Shown: positions 13,926 to 27,143 of the stretch, one piece after another
Layout: each line of letters opens with the position of its first letter
Numbering within the stretch: the stretch's first letter is position 1
Source: Octopus vulgaris
Taxonomy: Eukaryota
DNA length: 64,000 nucleotides
NCBI GenBank assembly: GCA_951406725.2
Contig: OX597835.1
Location: 19,592,001 to 19,656,000 of the forward strand
Direction: 5' to 3'
Program-made: the position numbers and the translations under genes
The notes under the pieces: generated by a model
Database searches by the model: none
Told to the model about the DNA's origin: nothing
Seen by the model: the letters and a program-made list of their open reading frames with translations, nothing else

Positions 13926-14498
13926 GGTATGTGCTCTGAACACTAGGTTGTAGGGAGGAAGAGAGTGATCAACAACCAGAAAATGACCCACCTCTCTATG
14001 AGATTACAGAGTCAGATACATATTTGGAAATAAAAATACACAGAAGGACACAAAATTACTCTCTTTAAGTGTATCAGAGTTCAGCAATGATAACGCAGTA
14101 TATTTGAATAATCGATATAGTTGTTCCTTGTAATTATATTTCTGATTAATTATTTCCCGCAGCAATATATGTGACCATACTTTTGTTTTATAGAACCTCA
14201 ATTTGACAGAACACAAAATGACGAAGGAGAAATCAAAAGAACAATATCCATATATTTCACTCGATATAAACCATTAGACGGGTGTATATAATTGTAGAAA
14301 CAACGGCACACAGTCGCGGATATATTGTATGAATAAATGTGTGTGTACATATATTTTTAATATAACATTTATATATAATTGTAAAAATATATACGCGCGT
14401 ATGCATATACATATATATGTTTTAAATATTTCAATATACCTAGTCTGATATATATATAAATATATATATAGATGTATATATACATATATATATCTAGA

Positions 14499-14570
<72 letters not shown>

Positions 14571-15429
14571 TATATGCCAATATATACATGCATGTATATC
14601 TATAGATGTATGTATATATATATATGTGTGTGTGTATGGATGTATTTATATATATTTATTTATTTATTTTCTACAATTATAAGTTCATACACTCACACAT
14701 GCATAATATAATTGCATACACATACACAAATATTCGTGTATATATGTATGCATAATATGTATATAAATATATATATGTATATATATATATATATATAAAG
14801 ATATATCCCGTGTACATATGTGTAGATAGATTTATATGTATATGTATATAAACATGTTTATACATGAATATTTATGTATATACATATGTACATATGTTTG
14901 GGTGCGTGCACATTTGTGTGTGTGTGTATGTCTGTGTACATATTTTGTGTGTCAGAATATGCTTTGTACGCGTGGAAATGGATAAGTTGGATTCTAGTGG
15001 TGTTTCTGGTTGATAGGAATTAATATTAAATTTGTAACAAGAAATCAATATGTAGTTCAAAAAAAGAATGACTTTTTACAAAAGAGAAATAAATTTTGCA
15101 GTATAAATAAAGATGACAATATACAATAAATTAAATGTGATGAGATTAAAATTAAATAAAACAAAAAAATAAATGGATGAAAATGCACAGTTATTTTCAT
15201 AGTTTTACATGACTGTAATTTACGAAGAGAAATTATATTTTGTAAGCTACAAATATATTTTGAAAAAAATTAAAACATATAGTATTATTAAATTTTGGGG
15301 GGATTTTCTTCGGTATATTTTGAAGGGGAAAAAATGATAAATATAATAACCGCATGCCCAAATGTATTTATATGTTTGTAGTAGAACCTAGATATTGTAA
15401 TCACTGGATGAGTATCTTTTGACTTGTAG

Positions 15430-15617
15430 TCATCAGTATCGTCGTCGTCGTCGTTATCAACATCATCTTCTACTATATCAACATCGTCATCAACGTTGTC
15501 ATCATTATCATCATCATCATCATCAACACCATCACCATCAACAATAACATCATCATGATCGTCTTCGTCATCGACATCATCACATCATCATCATTATCAT
15601 TAATAATACCAACATCG

Positions 15618-15653
<36 letters not shown>

Positions 15654-15825
15654 ATATCAACATCATCATCATCAATATCAATATCGTCATCATCGTTGTC
15701 ATCATCATCAACACCATCATCGTCAGTAATATCAATATCGTCGTCGTCGTGTTCATCATCATCATCATCATCATCGCCACATCCTCCACCATCGTCATCA
15801 TCATCATCATCACCATCATCACAAA
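15430..15825. repeat. Imperfect (CAT)n trinucleotide tract
   Basis: Directly visible; explains the poly-D/poly-S/poly-M ORFs. Confidence 0.95.
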
Positions 15826-16057
15826 CAACTACATTAAACAACACTGCAATAATAACTATTATTTGGTCCCAAGGTATTATTTCTTTATATATTCTTGAGA
15901 CCTAATAGAAAAAATATCCGTATTCTCTCTCTATTCCTTTGTCACATCACATATATTAATTGATCCAATTATTCAAATTTTATCATAGAATCACTAAGAT
16001 TTTATCTATCTATCTATCTATATATTTATGTATGTATTTATGTATCTATCTATCTAT

Positions 16058-16114
16058 TTTTCGGTGCCCTGTACATTAATGGAGGTAGTTTTAGCTTTAA
16101 CGTCCCAATGAATA

Positions 16115-16158
<44 letters not shown>

Positions 16159-16210
16159 TTCATATTCATGAGGGGTTTACTTGTAGTAATTACCCGCAAT
16201 AGAATGGATA

Positions 16211-16269
<59 letters not shown>

Positions 16270-16356
16270 TAAGGGTCATTACTACAAGTAAACCCCTATG
16301 CTCTAATGGGATGTTAAAGCTAAAACTACCTCCATAAATGTACAGGGCATCGAAAA
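16058..16356. repeat. Inverted repeat (16058-16195 / 16273-16356) around (AT)n, with a nested mini-palindrome in the left arm
   Basis: ttttcggtgccctgtacattaatggaggtagttttagctttaacgtccca and aggggtttacttgtagtaattaccc pair with gggtcattactacaagtaaacccct and tgggatgttaaagctaaaactacctccataaatgtacagggcatcgaaaa. Confidence 0.85.
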
Positions 16357-16653
16357 CGGGGGAATACATTGGGAACCTACATTTTGGAGACAGGTTTAGT
16401 CGCATACCATTAATGATTTCATGGTCAGCGTGTATAATATGCTCTCCAATCTTCAGTGCAAACATAATTAGTATACATTAAGGTGAACATGTCTACATAA
16501 CAACCGAACAGCAAACTCATCCAGCATGGCATACACTAATGCTCACAATTATATATACATGTAAAAAGTGAGCTTCCTAAATTACATCTCGGTAACAAGT
16601 TTGTAGTCGGAATAATTCAGCACTGAATATATTCCGGTATTATTTTAAACAAA

Positions 16654-16976
16654 ATATAAGGATAAAATCTATATAAGAATTTATGATGTGGCTAGATTGA
16701 AAAACCAGTTTAGGAAAAGAATTAATACAAGTACATAATTTTTCCTTTAGATATAAACACATTCATGATATTAAATGCTATTACTACAACTAAACGGCTC
16801 AGGCAGTAATGGAAGTCTAATGTCAAACCTACTTCAATAATTTATATATTTATTATAAAATATAATTAATGTATTTATATTTAAAGAAAAAATACTTTGT
16901 ATTAATTCTTTTACTAAACAGATTTTTCACGCTGGCTACTTGATAAATTCCTAGACAAATGTTATCGTATTATATA
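16654..16976. repeat. Diverged AT-rich foldback (arms about 16654-16772 and 16858-16976)
   Basis: tgaaaaaccagtttaggaaaagaattaatacaagta pairs with tactttgtattaattcttttactaaacagatttttca; similarity continues on both sides. Confidence 0.65.
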
Positions 16977-17013
16977 ATTTTTACTCGTACACTTTCCTCT
17001 TTAATTTTTTTTT

Positions 17014-17070
17014 CCTTGAATTTTTATTCCTTAAATTTTTATTCCTTAAATTTTTATTCCTTAAATTTTT
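17014..17070. repeat. 15 bp minisatellite (ccttaaatttttatt) about 4 copies
   Basis: Directly visible. Confidence 0.85.
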
Positions 17071-17939
17071 AATATCAGTTATTTTCATTTATTATTTGTA
17101 TCTCTATTCATTTGTATATGTTAAGTAAAGATTCTATTGAAGATATAGAGTATCATAGAGGTATATAAGAGGTAGAGGTAGTGAAAAATGTTGAGGAATC
17201 GAGACCTGAAGATAGGGAGTATGTCGAACCGATTAAGCATTGAAACAAGATACCTAGTGCCACATACTTTCATGAAACACGTGTAGTCTTATAAACGGAA
17301 AATACGGGATTCAGAATAGATATAGTTAGTATAAAATTTAATATTTTACATATTATGGAGGGGTCGGGTATAACATTTTTAAGTGTTGATTGAGTTGTAG
17401 GTGGTCTTGTCTTTGAAACAAATTTTATATATATATATATATATCGGTATATAATCTAGTACAACAGGAGCCACCAAATGGGGGTAAGGGTAGAGTCAGG
17501 AGTACGCGTCAAAATATACAGCGAAATAAAGATGAGAATATAACATAATTTTTTCAGTTTCTTTCAGCGATTCCATTCCTAAGAGATGAGTCTTCTTGAA
17601 ATTTTCGTAGAAGAACATTTCGCAACCTGTCATGTTATGGGACTGAACCTTCATCGATATGGCTGGGAACTATGCTGTTCTGCTTATGCCTGCTGCAACT
17701 TTTATTGTGTTGTTTATTTTCTTTTTGGCCTTTTTCACACAGTGTTTATTTAGTAAATGTCTTGGCACATCATTTCAAACAAAATAATCAATATTCGCAT
17801 CGACAACAAACTTGTTGATATTCCATTTCTATCATGCAAATCGACAGACATATTTCCATCATATTCGAAAATCTTACTTTATGCATTCATTCTTATATAT
17901 CACATCCATAGACACAAGCACACACACATACACACACAC

Positions 17940-18055
<116 letters not shown>

Positions 18056-18136
18056 TGCTGTATTTCGAAATGGTCATGTATATTTACTTATGCATGCATA
18101 TGTATATATATGCATATATATATGTATATAATTATA

Positions 18137-18199
<63 letters not shown>

Positions 18200-18302
18200 T
18201 GTTGTATTTCGGAATGGTCATGTATATTTACTTATGCATTGCATATGCGTATATATGCATACATATGTATGTATATATCTGTATATGTATAGTGTATATA
18301 TA

Positions 18303-18341
<39 letters not shown>

Positions 18342-18837
18342 TATATATACAGTGACGCACAACCGACCACTCATACATACACACACATATTGTGTGTAAT
18401 ATTACAATATGATTTCGAAGCACTGGAAGGCAAAGAAATCCTCAGGTGCTAAACGTATTATTATATGAGTAAGCAGATGCCAAGTAAACTGAAATTACAA
18501 TTATAATAACACATCACCGAAGACAGAGAAAAAACAGCGCTGCCATATATTTAATGAAATATGATCTTTAATTTTTGCAGCGAATCGTCGGCATAATTCC
18601 ATAGCCTGCTTCCAGCAGAAGTGATGACTAATGAAATGTTTTGGAATAATTATTTCAGGAAATTTGAAAGTCTCATACTTTTCCAAGAGATTTTTTTTCT
18701 AGTTATTAGAATTGTCGCGTGACATAAACGGTTATCTGAGAAACTTCTTTCACAAGATGGCGCTTCTAAAATATTCAGTCAGTCACAACCGTTTATAATT
18801 TTTGTTATTTAAGTTCTGTTCGCCTGTATTTAGGCCC

Positions 18838-18889
<52 letters not shown>

Positions 18890-19029
18890 TATAAAAAAAA
18901 TATATATATATATATATCATATAAAAAAATATATATATATCATATAAAATAAATATATATATATATCATATAAAAATATCTATATATACACACACATATG
19001 TATATATAAACATTCACACATATATTCAA

Positions 19030-20305
19030 ACCGTGAGGTGAGGTAAATATGTACCATTTTTTGCTATTTTTTGATATTTTAACAAAACAACGATCCAGAT
19101 AGCTTATGCAAAGATGACTCGTTTAAAGCTCATTATTAGCAAAACCTTTTGCACATATAGCGACATTTCTAAACAAGTTACAAGAAAAGATTTAAAAAAT
19201 GTATGGCTGCACGTTTATTCCACACTATGGGGCAATCGTTCACCACCTCTATTTTTGTACCTTAAATGCAATGAACTATAAAAGACTTTGTTCAAATGTT
19301 ACATGACCTAGGCAATACTTCTAAAACAGTTAGCTAACAATTGGCATGGTAATTGACGCAATGGTAGGTATAGAAATGAAAATAACTAATTAAAAAAAAT
19401 TGTTTGAGGTTTATAATAACATTTTTAACGCGTTACTATTTCGCCAAAGGCATCCTTCCTGAGACCCAATCTGTCTTTCATAGATAAAGATTTTACAAGG
19501 ATTGTAACAATTCCTTCTTAAGAGGTTAGGATTTTGTGGCTCTTTAAAGGAAAGATAACAACCAAGCCCCTCAAATTAACATCTATAGTACTGAATCACC
19601 CACAAGACTCTGTATACTCATGTAAAAGTTTAGCAGCATAATGGCATGGTGCCTTCTTTCCTAAAAATCTTACAATCACATAGAATCCATTTTCTAGTTT
19701 CCTAATATATCTCACTAGTACCGGTGATATGCTCTGAATTTTCCTGGGAATCTTCCAGGATGGCAGCTTCCGGCTCTGTCTCAAATTCCGAGCTTGGAAT
19801 AAAGGCCGAATCAAATTGTTCTTCATAGGAAATGTCAAAATCGATAAATTGCTTAATTTTGGGGTTTCACTTTCTCTCAGATTGAAGGTCAAATGTACCT
19901 GGAGTAACATCATCCATGGAGATGTGTTTACCTGGAGAAATGTGCATCATATTTCCTTGCTGGACCGTCGTAAGTTTTTAGCTGAAGCTTCACGAAGTTG
20001 CGTCAGGTATTGAAAAACTATCTGGTTTACGGATGTGATGATGATTCTAGTTTTGAAATCTTGCTAAGAACCTTCTGTCTGTTAAGTGGATAGCAGCATG
20101 TTGTTAGAAACCATTCACAGCAGTTTTTGTGTGTGTGTGTGTGTTTGTGTGTGTGTTTTCCATTTTGCCCAGGATGGTGAATAGCATCCTTGGGGAAATG
20201 TATCTTTGGCAGGGTTGTGTAAAACATTATTTCACCCCTCTTCCACTCAGTAAGAACATTCCTTCATGCTGATTTCATTGGTACACATACTGCAACGTCA
20301 AGTGC
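19030..20305 (-). mobile_element. Probable pogo/Tigger-like DNA transposon relic
   Basis: Minus-strand scraps TTCCYPLNRQKVLSKI (cf. DDE_1-type 'TGIYPLNR..V') and NGFYVIVRFLGKKAPCHYAAK. The ends are weakly inverted (..aatatgtacca at 19046-19056 / tggtacacatac at 20279-20290). Confidence 0.4.
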
Positions 20306-20623
20306 CTGCAGCAAATGTGTGTTATTGTAATAGTCTCACGTTAATGTAATACGATATTGCTAATATCTTCAACTTGAGAATGTAACTTTGTGTCCTTCTA
20401 CCTCAGGATATGTATCACAAAAGCGCCAGAAATCAATGCTCCAGGTCAATTTTATCATAGGTTTTTGCAGTTTCATAATAATGAGTTATATTTCCTACAC
20501 AGTACACTATTTTGACAAGTACCACATAGTACATTATCTTGTATTCCAACGATACTTCGATACTGATATTTTCAGGAATATCATACTGGCTATAACGAAA
20601 TTAAACAAAATATAAACGTGTGT

Positions 20624-20679
<56 letters not shown>

Positions 20680-21374
20680 ATGTATATATATGTATATATA
20701 TATTATATATGTATGTATATATATGTATATATATATTATATATATATGTATATATATGTATATATATATATAGTCATTGATAAATATGGTACCGGATACT
20801 GCATTCCATAAATGAGGAAATTGATGATGCAAATTTGCCTAATCACATCCGATATGTTGCAAAAAGAAACCAACATACATATGTAATTCATTTGTACTTT
20901 ACTGTTTTAACAATCATAATGAAGATCACGACACGACCTGGGGAAAACGCATATAATACTGGGCACAACAATGATGATGAAATTTATCATGCAAATGATG
21001 TAGATTATTTCAATTATGTATATGATGATAGATGTAATTGTGTTCCTCCTATTGCGGATGGTGTTATTAACGTTAGTACAATAGATTTAATGACCTTCCA
21101 TATAGAAAAGTCTCATTTAACATGCTTGTCAATTTGTGTTAGACTATCATGTCTGAGTACAACACCTTCACTCTTAAATTTATGTAATTTTACACTTATC
21201 GCTGTAGGTGTAAGGTGGCAATTTATCTTACCTGCCCATCTCTCGTTTTCCTGCTCTCTCTCTCTCTCTCTCTGCCACTCTATCTCACTCTGACACAGCT
21301 ATATAATTGTTAAAGTCGCACCATCACAGTTTTATACATACATATATGTATATATATCTGTGTACATAAGTGTG

Positions 21375-21419
<45 letters not shown>

Positions 21420-21699
21420 ATAGAGAGATATAATGTATATATGGTGTATATTGGTATGCGGGATTATGCATCTATGTGTGAACGTATATGCACATACACA
21501 CAAGATGCATTTCAGAAGTAACCACACATTTTAGGAGAGACAGTTGTAACTGTTCAAGATTATTGAAATTTTAGTATATTATTTCTGCATATTTAATGAG
21601 TTGGCTGGTCAACTTTTATTATTCCACCACTGTAACAACACTTTGAACTCATTCTTTTAAACACTGTTTATTGTAGCTGACTAGATTGAAGAATGAATA

Positions 21700-22290
21700 C
21701 AATTTGGAACTCGCTATGAAAGAAAATTTAGTGATTCACTTGGCAAAAACGCTGCACGATCTCAGGAATCTATTTAAGGATTAACTGGAATGGACCGAAA
21801 ATCTGTTTTTGCTGGTAAAACAGGTCAGGCAAAGTAAGTATACGAAGGAACATAAGCTGACCTCCTTTTACGACAACAATGGCATTTTCTGCAGTTACTA
21901 GTTTTCCTTTAGTCAGATGGTTAGCAAAGAGTCGTTTGTGGACGGCTTGAGAGAGTTTCAGAAAGAGTTTTCATGGCAAAAGGCAAGACCATGTGAACTA
22001 GGACAATGTACCCTTGACAATTCCATCCTGGTAACCAAATACTTAACAGATATGTGCACTAAAACTGTCCCCCACCCTAGCTACAATCCGTATTTTACAT
22101 CGTGTGGCTTTTCGGCGCTCCCTAAGTTGAAGGAGAAGGTAGAGGTGGCTTTGCGAAGTGTGATGGTTATCTCCAATTTAGAGAACTTTCATGATGAGAT
22201 ATACACGCAGTGGCTGGATCAAAGCAACAGGTCTGTTGAAGCTAGAGGGTCTAACTTGGAAGAAGAGTAGTGTTGGATGTCTTGGATGTG
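21700..22290 (+). mobile_element. Mariner transposase pseudogene fragment
   Basis: ORF 21917-22270 reads LDNSILVTKYLTDMCTKTVPHPSYNPYFTSCGFSALPKLKEK..SVEARGSNLE (cf. mariner 'HDNA....VPHPPYSPDLAPCDFWLFPKLKE....CIE..GDYFE'). Confidence 0.75.
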
Positions 22291-22312
22291 CATTGTATAA
22301 ACCAATGTGAAT

Positions 22313-22451
22313 AATGTTCAGTATATATGAACTCAATTAACGTTTTATCTATATGTCTGTCTATCTGTCTATTTTTCTTTCTATGTATGTATCTATCTTT
22401 CTATGTATCTATATATTATGTACGTATATATGTACCTCTCTATCTTTCCCG

Positions 22452-22507
<56 letters not shown>

Positions 22508-22560
22508 GTATAGACATATATATATGTGTGTGTGTGTGTATACATATGTAGGAGTACAGC

Positions 22561-22601
<41 letters not shown>

Positions 22602-24587
22602 GTGTGAGTGAGTGTGCGTATACGTACATGTGTGTGTGCGGTATGTGTGCATATGCGTATATCAAATGATTCACTGAATGAATATGCACACAAATTTATG
22701 AGTATATGTAAATAATTTTGTATAAATATATACACAAACCTATAAATATATATCCTATAAATTCATAATATCTGAAAATTATGCAAATAAGAACTTCTTA
22801 ACAAACACGTTAAATACGCATTAAATATGCATAAACCAGGCGTAGTTATGTCTGTATGCATATATGATATATAAATTCAAATTCAGACTTAATATTTACT
22901 ACAAGAGACATCAGTTTGGATATATATATATTTGTTTACTCCAAAATCTTGTGCGATCTCATGTGATTTAATTTTTTTTAGTCAAGGTTGAGACGAACAC
23001 GAACGTCCCATGTTGCGAAATATTTCTTCAACACGAAACCAATGGTATTCATTTTATCCCACGAATAAAGAACTTTTATCCACTAATACAGTGTTGAGCA
23101 ATCAATCCTTCTGTTCGATATTAACGTATGTATGTATGTATGTATGCAAGTGTGCCGTGCGTGTATTTAGGTATGTATGTATGAATCTATAATAAAGAAA
23201 GCTGCTTCTTAATTATGTATGAAACAATTACGAAAAATTACTACAAGAAAGCAATTATTAAAAGCTTTACCCTCTGGAAATACTTTTATAAATTCAGGCG
23301 CAGGAGTGGCTGTGTGGTAAGTAGCTTGCTAACCAACCACACGGTTGCGGGTTCAGTCCCACTGCGTGGCATCTTGGGCAAGTGTCTTCTGCTATAGCCC
23401 CGGGCCGACCAATGCCTTGTGAGTGGATTTGGTAGACGGAAACTGAAAGAAGCCTGTCGTATATATGTATATATATATATATATGTATGCGTGTGTTTGT
23501 GTGTCTGTGTTTGTCCCCCTGGCATTGCTGGTGTGTTTAGGTCCCCGTCACTTAGCGGTTCGGCAAAAAGAGACCGATAGAATAAGTACTAAAAGGTGGT
23601 GCTCCAGCATGGCCGCAGTCAAATGACTGAAACAAGTAAAAGAGTAAAAGAGTAAAAGAGTATGTTTTAAGAACTTGTCTAAAATTTCGATTTCTCGCAA
23701 ATTTAAATATTCATTGCATTCACTGCGGAGTAGATTTTAATGTTTAATAAGAAACACTATGAATTCGTTGCAGGCAACATTTTACATTTTTATTTGCAAC
23801 AGTGTCTCATTCTCGCTCAGCTATATTTTCCTTAATAATAATTTAATAATAGCTGTATAACTTTGATACGAGACACATTTTCAAGAATATTATCAGTTTC
23901 TGGAGTTTGTTAAATGAATATTTTTGATAAAATGAAAACTTTTAGTACACCGGTATAATTTTTAAATCATTTTGTGTTGAATGAATGCATGATATTACAC
24001 AAAATAGCTGTATAACTTTGATACGATGCACAATTTCCAGAATAATATCAGCTTCCGGAGTTTTATTTTTGCTTTAAATGAAGAAGTGATTATGTTGGCA
24101 TGGCTACTTGGAACGCCAACAGAAGTAGACATTCATGGCATTTGAAATCAAATCAAAGTATAAGAGTAGGTGGATACAAAGGAAGTTATTTTTTCTCCTG
24201 ATATTTCAAAACTTGCTTCTGTGAAATCCACATTTACCCTTCTAAACAATAAAAAACCAATGGAACGATGTGGAGCAGCATTTTCATAAAACAAACCGGA
24301 TGGCTACGGAGAGGCACCCCTCATCAGACATTTGGGACTGAAAGAGAAAACACGTTTCTACCCTCTAGTATCAGTTCTGTTATTCTTATTGATATTTCTA
24401 ACGGCATTAAGCAAAAATAATGCCCTTGCCAATAGAAACTATAAAAGTCAGCAACTTCAGAAGATTTCGCTTGTTCTAAGAAATTGCCGCAGAAATGTTC
24501 AGTATATATGAACTCAATTAACGTTTTATCTATATGTCTATCTATCTATCTGTCTATCTATATGTGTGTATACATATGTAGGAGTAC

Positions 24588-24633
<46 letters not shown>

Positions 24634-24724
24634 GTGTGAGTGAGTGTGCGTATACGTACATGTGTTTGTGCGGTATATGTGCATATGCGTATATCAAATG
24701 ATTCACTGAATGAATATGCACACA
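22313..24724 (+). repeat. Dispersed direct duplication: 22313-22692 and 24494-24724
   Basis: Both begin aatgttcagtatatatgaactcaattaacgttttatctatatgtct, share catatgtaggagtacagctatgtgt and end atcaaatgattcactgaatgaatatgcacaca. The second copy lacks much of the internal microsatellite. Confidence 0.9.
23297..23661 (+). mobile_element. tRNA-derived SINE family B (internal microsatellite, (GTAAAAGA)n tail), with internal deletions
   Basis: ggcgcaggagtggctgtgtggtaag (A-box-like), gggttcagtccc (B-box-like), CORE-like catcttgggcaagtgtctt; matches the copies at 25255 and 30264. Confidence 0.9.
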
Positions 24725-25254
24725 TATATCCATGTAATTATTCTGCTTTACCTCACTATTCGTTTACTTAATACCACCTGAAGCTAACCCTGCAGAGGAT
24801 TAGTTGAACATAAATTAAAACGTACTTAATTCCCAACAGACGTGGGAAAGAAACATTTTGTTTTCCTCTAAAAATATGTAGGAGAAATATATAACTAAAG
24901 TGAAAAACACAATATAGAGACATTTTCTTGGTTCGGTAGTTTATGCGACTTCAGATGAAATATAAAACAAATGTAACAAATAAAATCCGACAGAGTATCA
25001 AGAAAATCTGAAAATAAGAGCCAAATATTTCCATCGAAACAAATATTTCTGTGGTAAAATATAAACAAGGCATATATATAGCAGTGCAACGCTACACATT
25101 TAGATCATAACTGCTCTAGAAGTTCCATAACCAAACGAATCAGACACAATAAACATCATTATTTGATTATCATTTCTAATTGGATGTCTGTTTGGTCTGA
25201 GCTGAATTTGCTTTCTCTCTTGTGGAATTTGTAAAAATCAGGATCAAGATCTCT

Positions 25255-25676
25255 CTCTTTACTCTTTACTCTTTTACTCTTTTACGCGTTTCAGTCATTT
25301 GACTGCGGCCATGCTGGAGCACCGCCTTTAATCGAGCAACTCGACCCCGGGACTTATTCTTTTGTATGACCAGTACTTATTCTGTCGGTCTCGTTTGCCG
25401 AACCGCTAAGTAACGGGGACATAAACACACCAGCATCGGTTGTCAAGCAATGCTAGAGGGAGAAACACAGACACACAAACACACACACGCACATATATAT
25501 ATATACATATATACGACGGGCTTCTTTCAGTTTCCGTCTACCAAATCCACTCGCAAGGCTCTGGTCGGCCCGGGGCTATAGCAGAAGACACTTGCCCAAG
25601 ATGCCACGCAGTGGGACTGAACCCGGAACCATGTGGTTGGTTAGCAAGCTACTTACCACACAGCCACTCCTGCGCC
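25255..25676 (-). mobile_element. SINE family B, full-length
   Basis: Reverse complement of the 23297 element, including the segments deleted there. Confidence 0.9.
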
Positions 25677-26159
25677 TATATTCTTACCTATTTACCTATA
25701 TAGTTTGTATTATGTTTTGGCATATGGATTGTTGTGATGTTTGAAGGAACAATTGTACGGATGTATTACGTTCTGGATCATGTCCAGTTCGTGTGTAATC
25801 CTTCAGAGACACAATAAAAATCCCTCCAGACGAAGCAATCCCAAATATTCCATATATAGAACTAAATTGCCACATATTTGATATGTCATGATTGAGATGG
25901 TTACATTAATGAATGAAAGGAAAATTTGGCTAAGTGTCCTGCTTGGGACGACATTAAGTTCAATAGTTTCTTACAGATTACTTAAAGGCTAGAGAGGAGA
26001 CTGGAAAGGGGAGTAATAGAATGAGATACAAATTGAAAAGCGATACAGAGAGAGATTGAGACAGTTTGACAAAAGAGTGTACATATCTGCAGTGTGTATG
26101 TTTGTGAGTGTGTGTGTGTGAGACGGAGAGAGAGAATGTTTGAGAGACAGAGAGAGAGA

Positions 26160-26447
26160 GCACCAAAATGGGAAACTAACACCTGTGTCATCTCTTGTGA
26201 AAGGTAAGAGAGTCCAGTTTGCTGGACATTGTTGTAGAGCTGAAAAAGAGGTAATTTCTACTCTTCTCCTCTGGAAGCCATCTACTCGCAATACCAGAGG
26301 GCGCACACTCTCCTACCCTGATGTAATCTCTAGGGATACAGGCATCCAGCAACAGGACCTCCGTAATGCCATGATGGACCGTGAAGTCTGGCATAGCATG
26401 GTAAATTCCATTGTCTCGACCACGGTCGAACAATGATGATGATGATG
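26160..26447 (+). mobile_element. RTE-clade LINE 3' end, 5'-truncated, with (GAT)n tail
   Basis: Open frame KLTPVSSLVKGKRVQFAGHCCRAEKEVISTLLLWKPSTRNTRGRTLSYPDVISRDTG..AMMDREVW (RTE C-terminal 'R..FAGH..R....LLW....RGR......A.DR..W'), then caatgatgatgatgatga. Confidence 0.85.
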
Positions 26448-26878
26448 AGTGTTTGAAAATCAACAACGTGGCATTTTAGATTCTGTAATGTAACCAAATG
26501 GTTAACAGTTTGAACATTCTAAACAAACACATATACTCTATAAAGCTACGGACTCCCGTTGGTTCTCTTCTACGTTACAGCTCACTTCGTTATGTTTCTA
26601 TTTTGTTCTGTGCTGCATTTTGTGTTGTGCAACAAGAATATGCAGCAATCCACCAAATTCAACAATTTCATTATCGTTATGGAAATGGGTGAAAATGTTT
26701 CCTCCATAGATTTTGATTTTTTTCTTGTTTGTTTGTTTGTTTGTCTGATTGTTTGTTTTCATTTTGACTGATTCTGAAATGTTTTCGAATTCGAAATTCA
26801 TTCATTAAATCTGTTTCAACGATTTGTTAGCGGAAACACAGAAAAAAATATTCAGTATACATATAGGCATACATACAT

Positions 26879-26943
<65 letters not shown>

Positions 26944-27108
26944 TGTGTGTGTGTGTGTGTGTGTCTGTGTGTGTGTGTAAGTGTGTGTATATATGAACAT
27001 ATATATATTTATATACATATATGTACGTTTTGTGCGTGTGTATCAATAGATGCAGAGATTCACAGATATATAGATCGATGCATGGGGAGATGTATATATA
27101 GGTATATG

Positions 27109-27143
<35 letters not shown>

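Noticed and set aside
15473-15905. Acidic poly-Asp / poly-Ser ORFs suggesting a biomineralisation-type protein
   Set aside because: Entirely explained by an imperfect (CAT)n microsatellite that is open in several frames; no flanking domain or clear exon structure.
16303-16362. CTAATGG-GATGTT..GGCATC-GAAA as a hammerhead
   Set aside because: Two core mismatches, no stem III/UH and no stem I.
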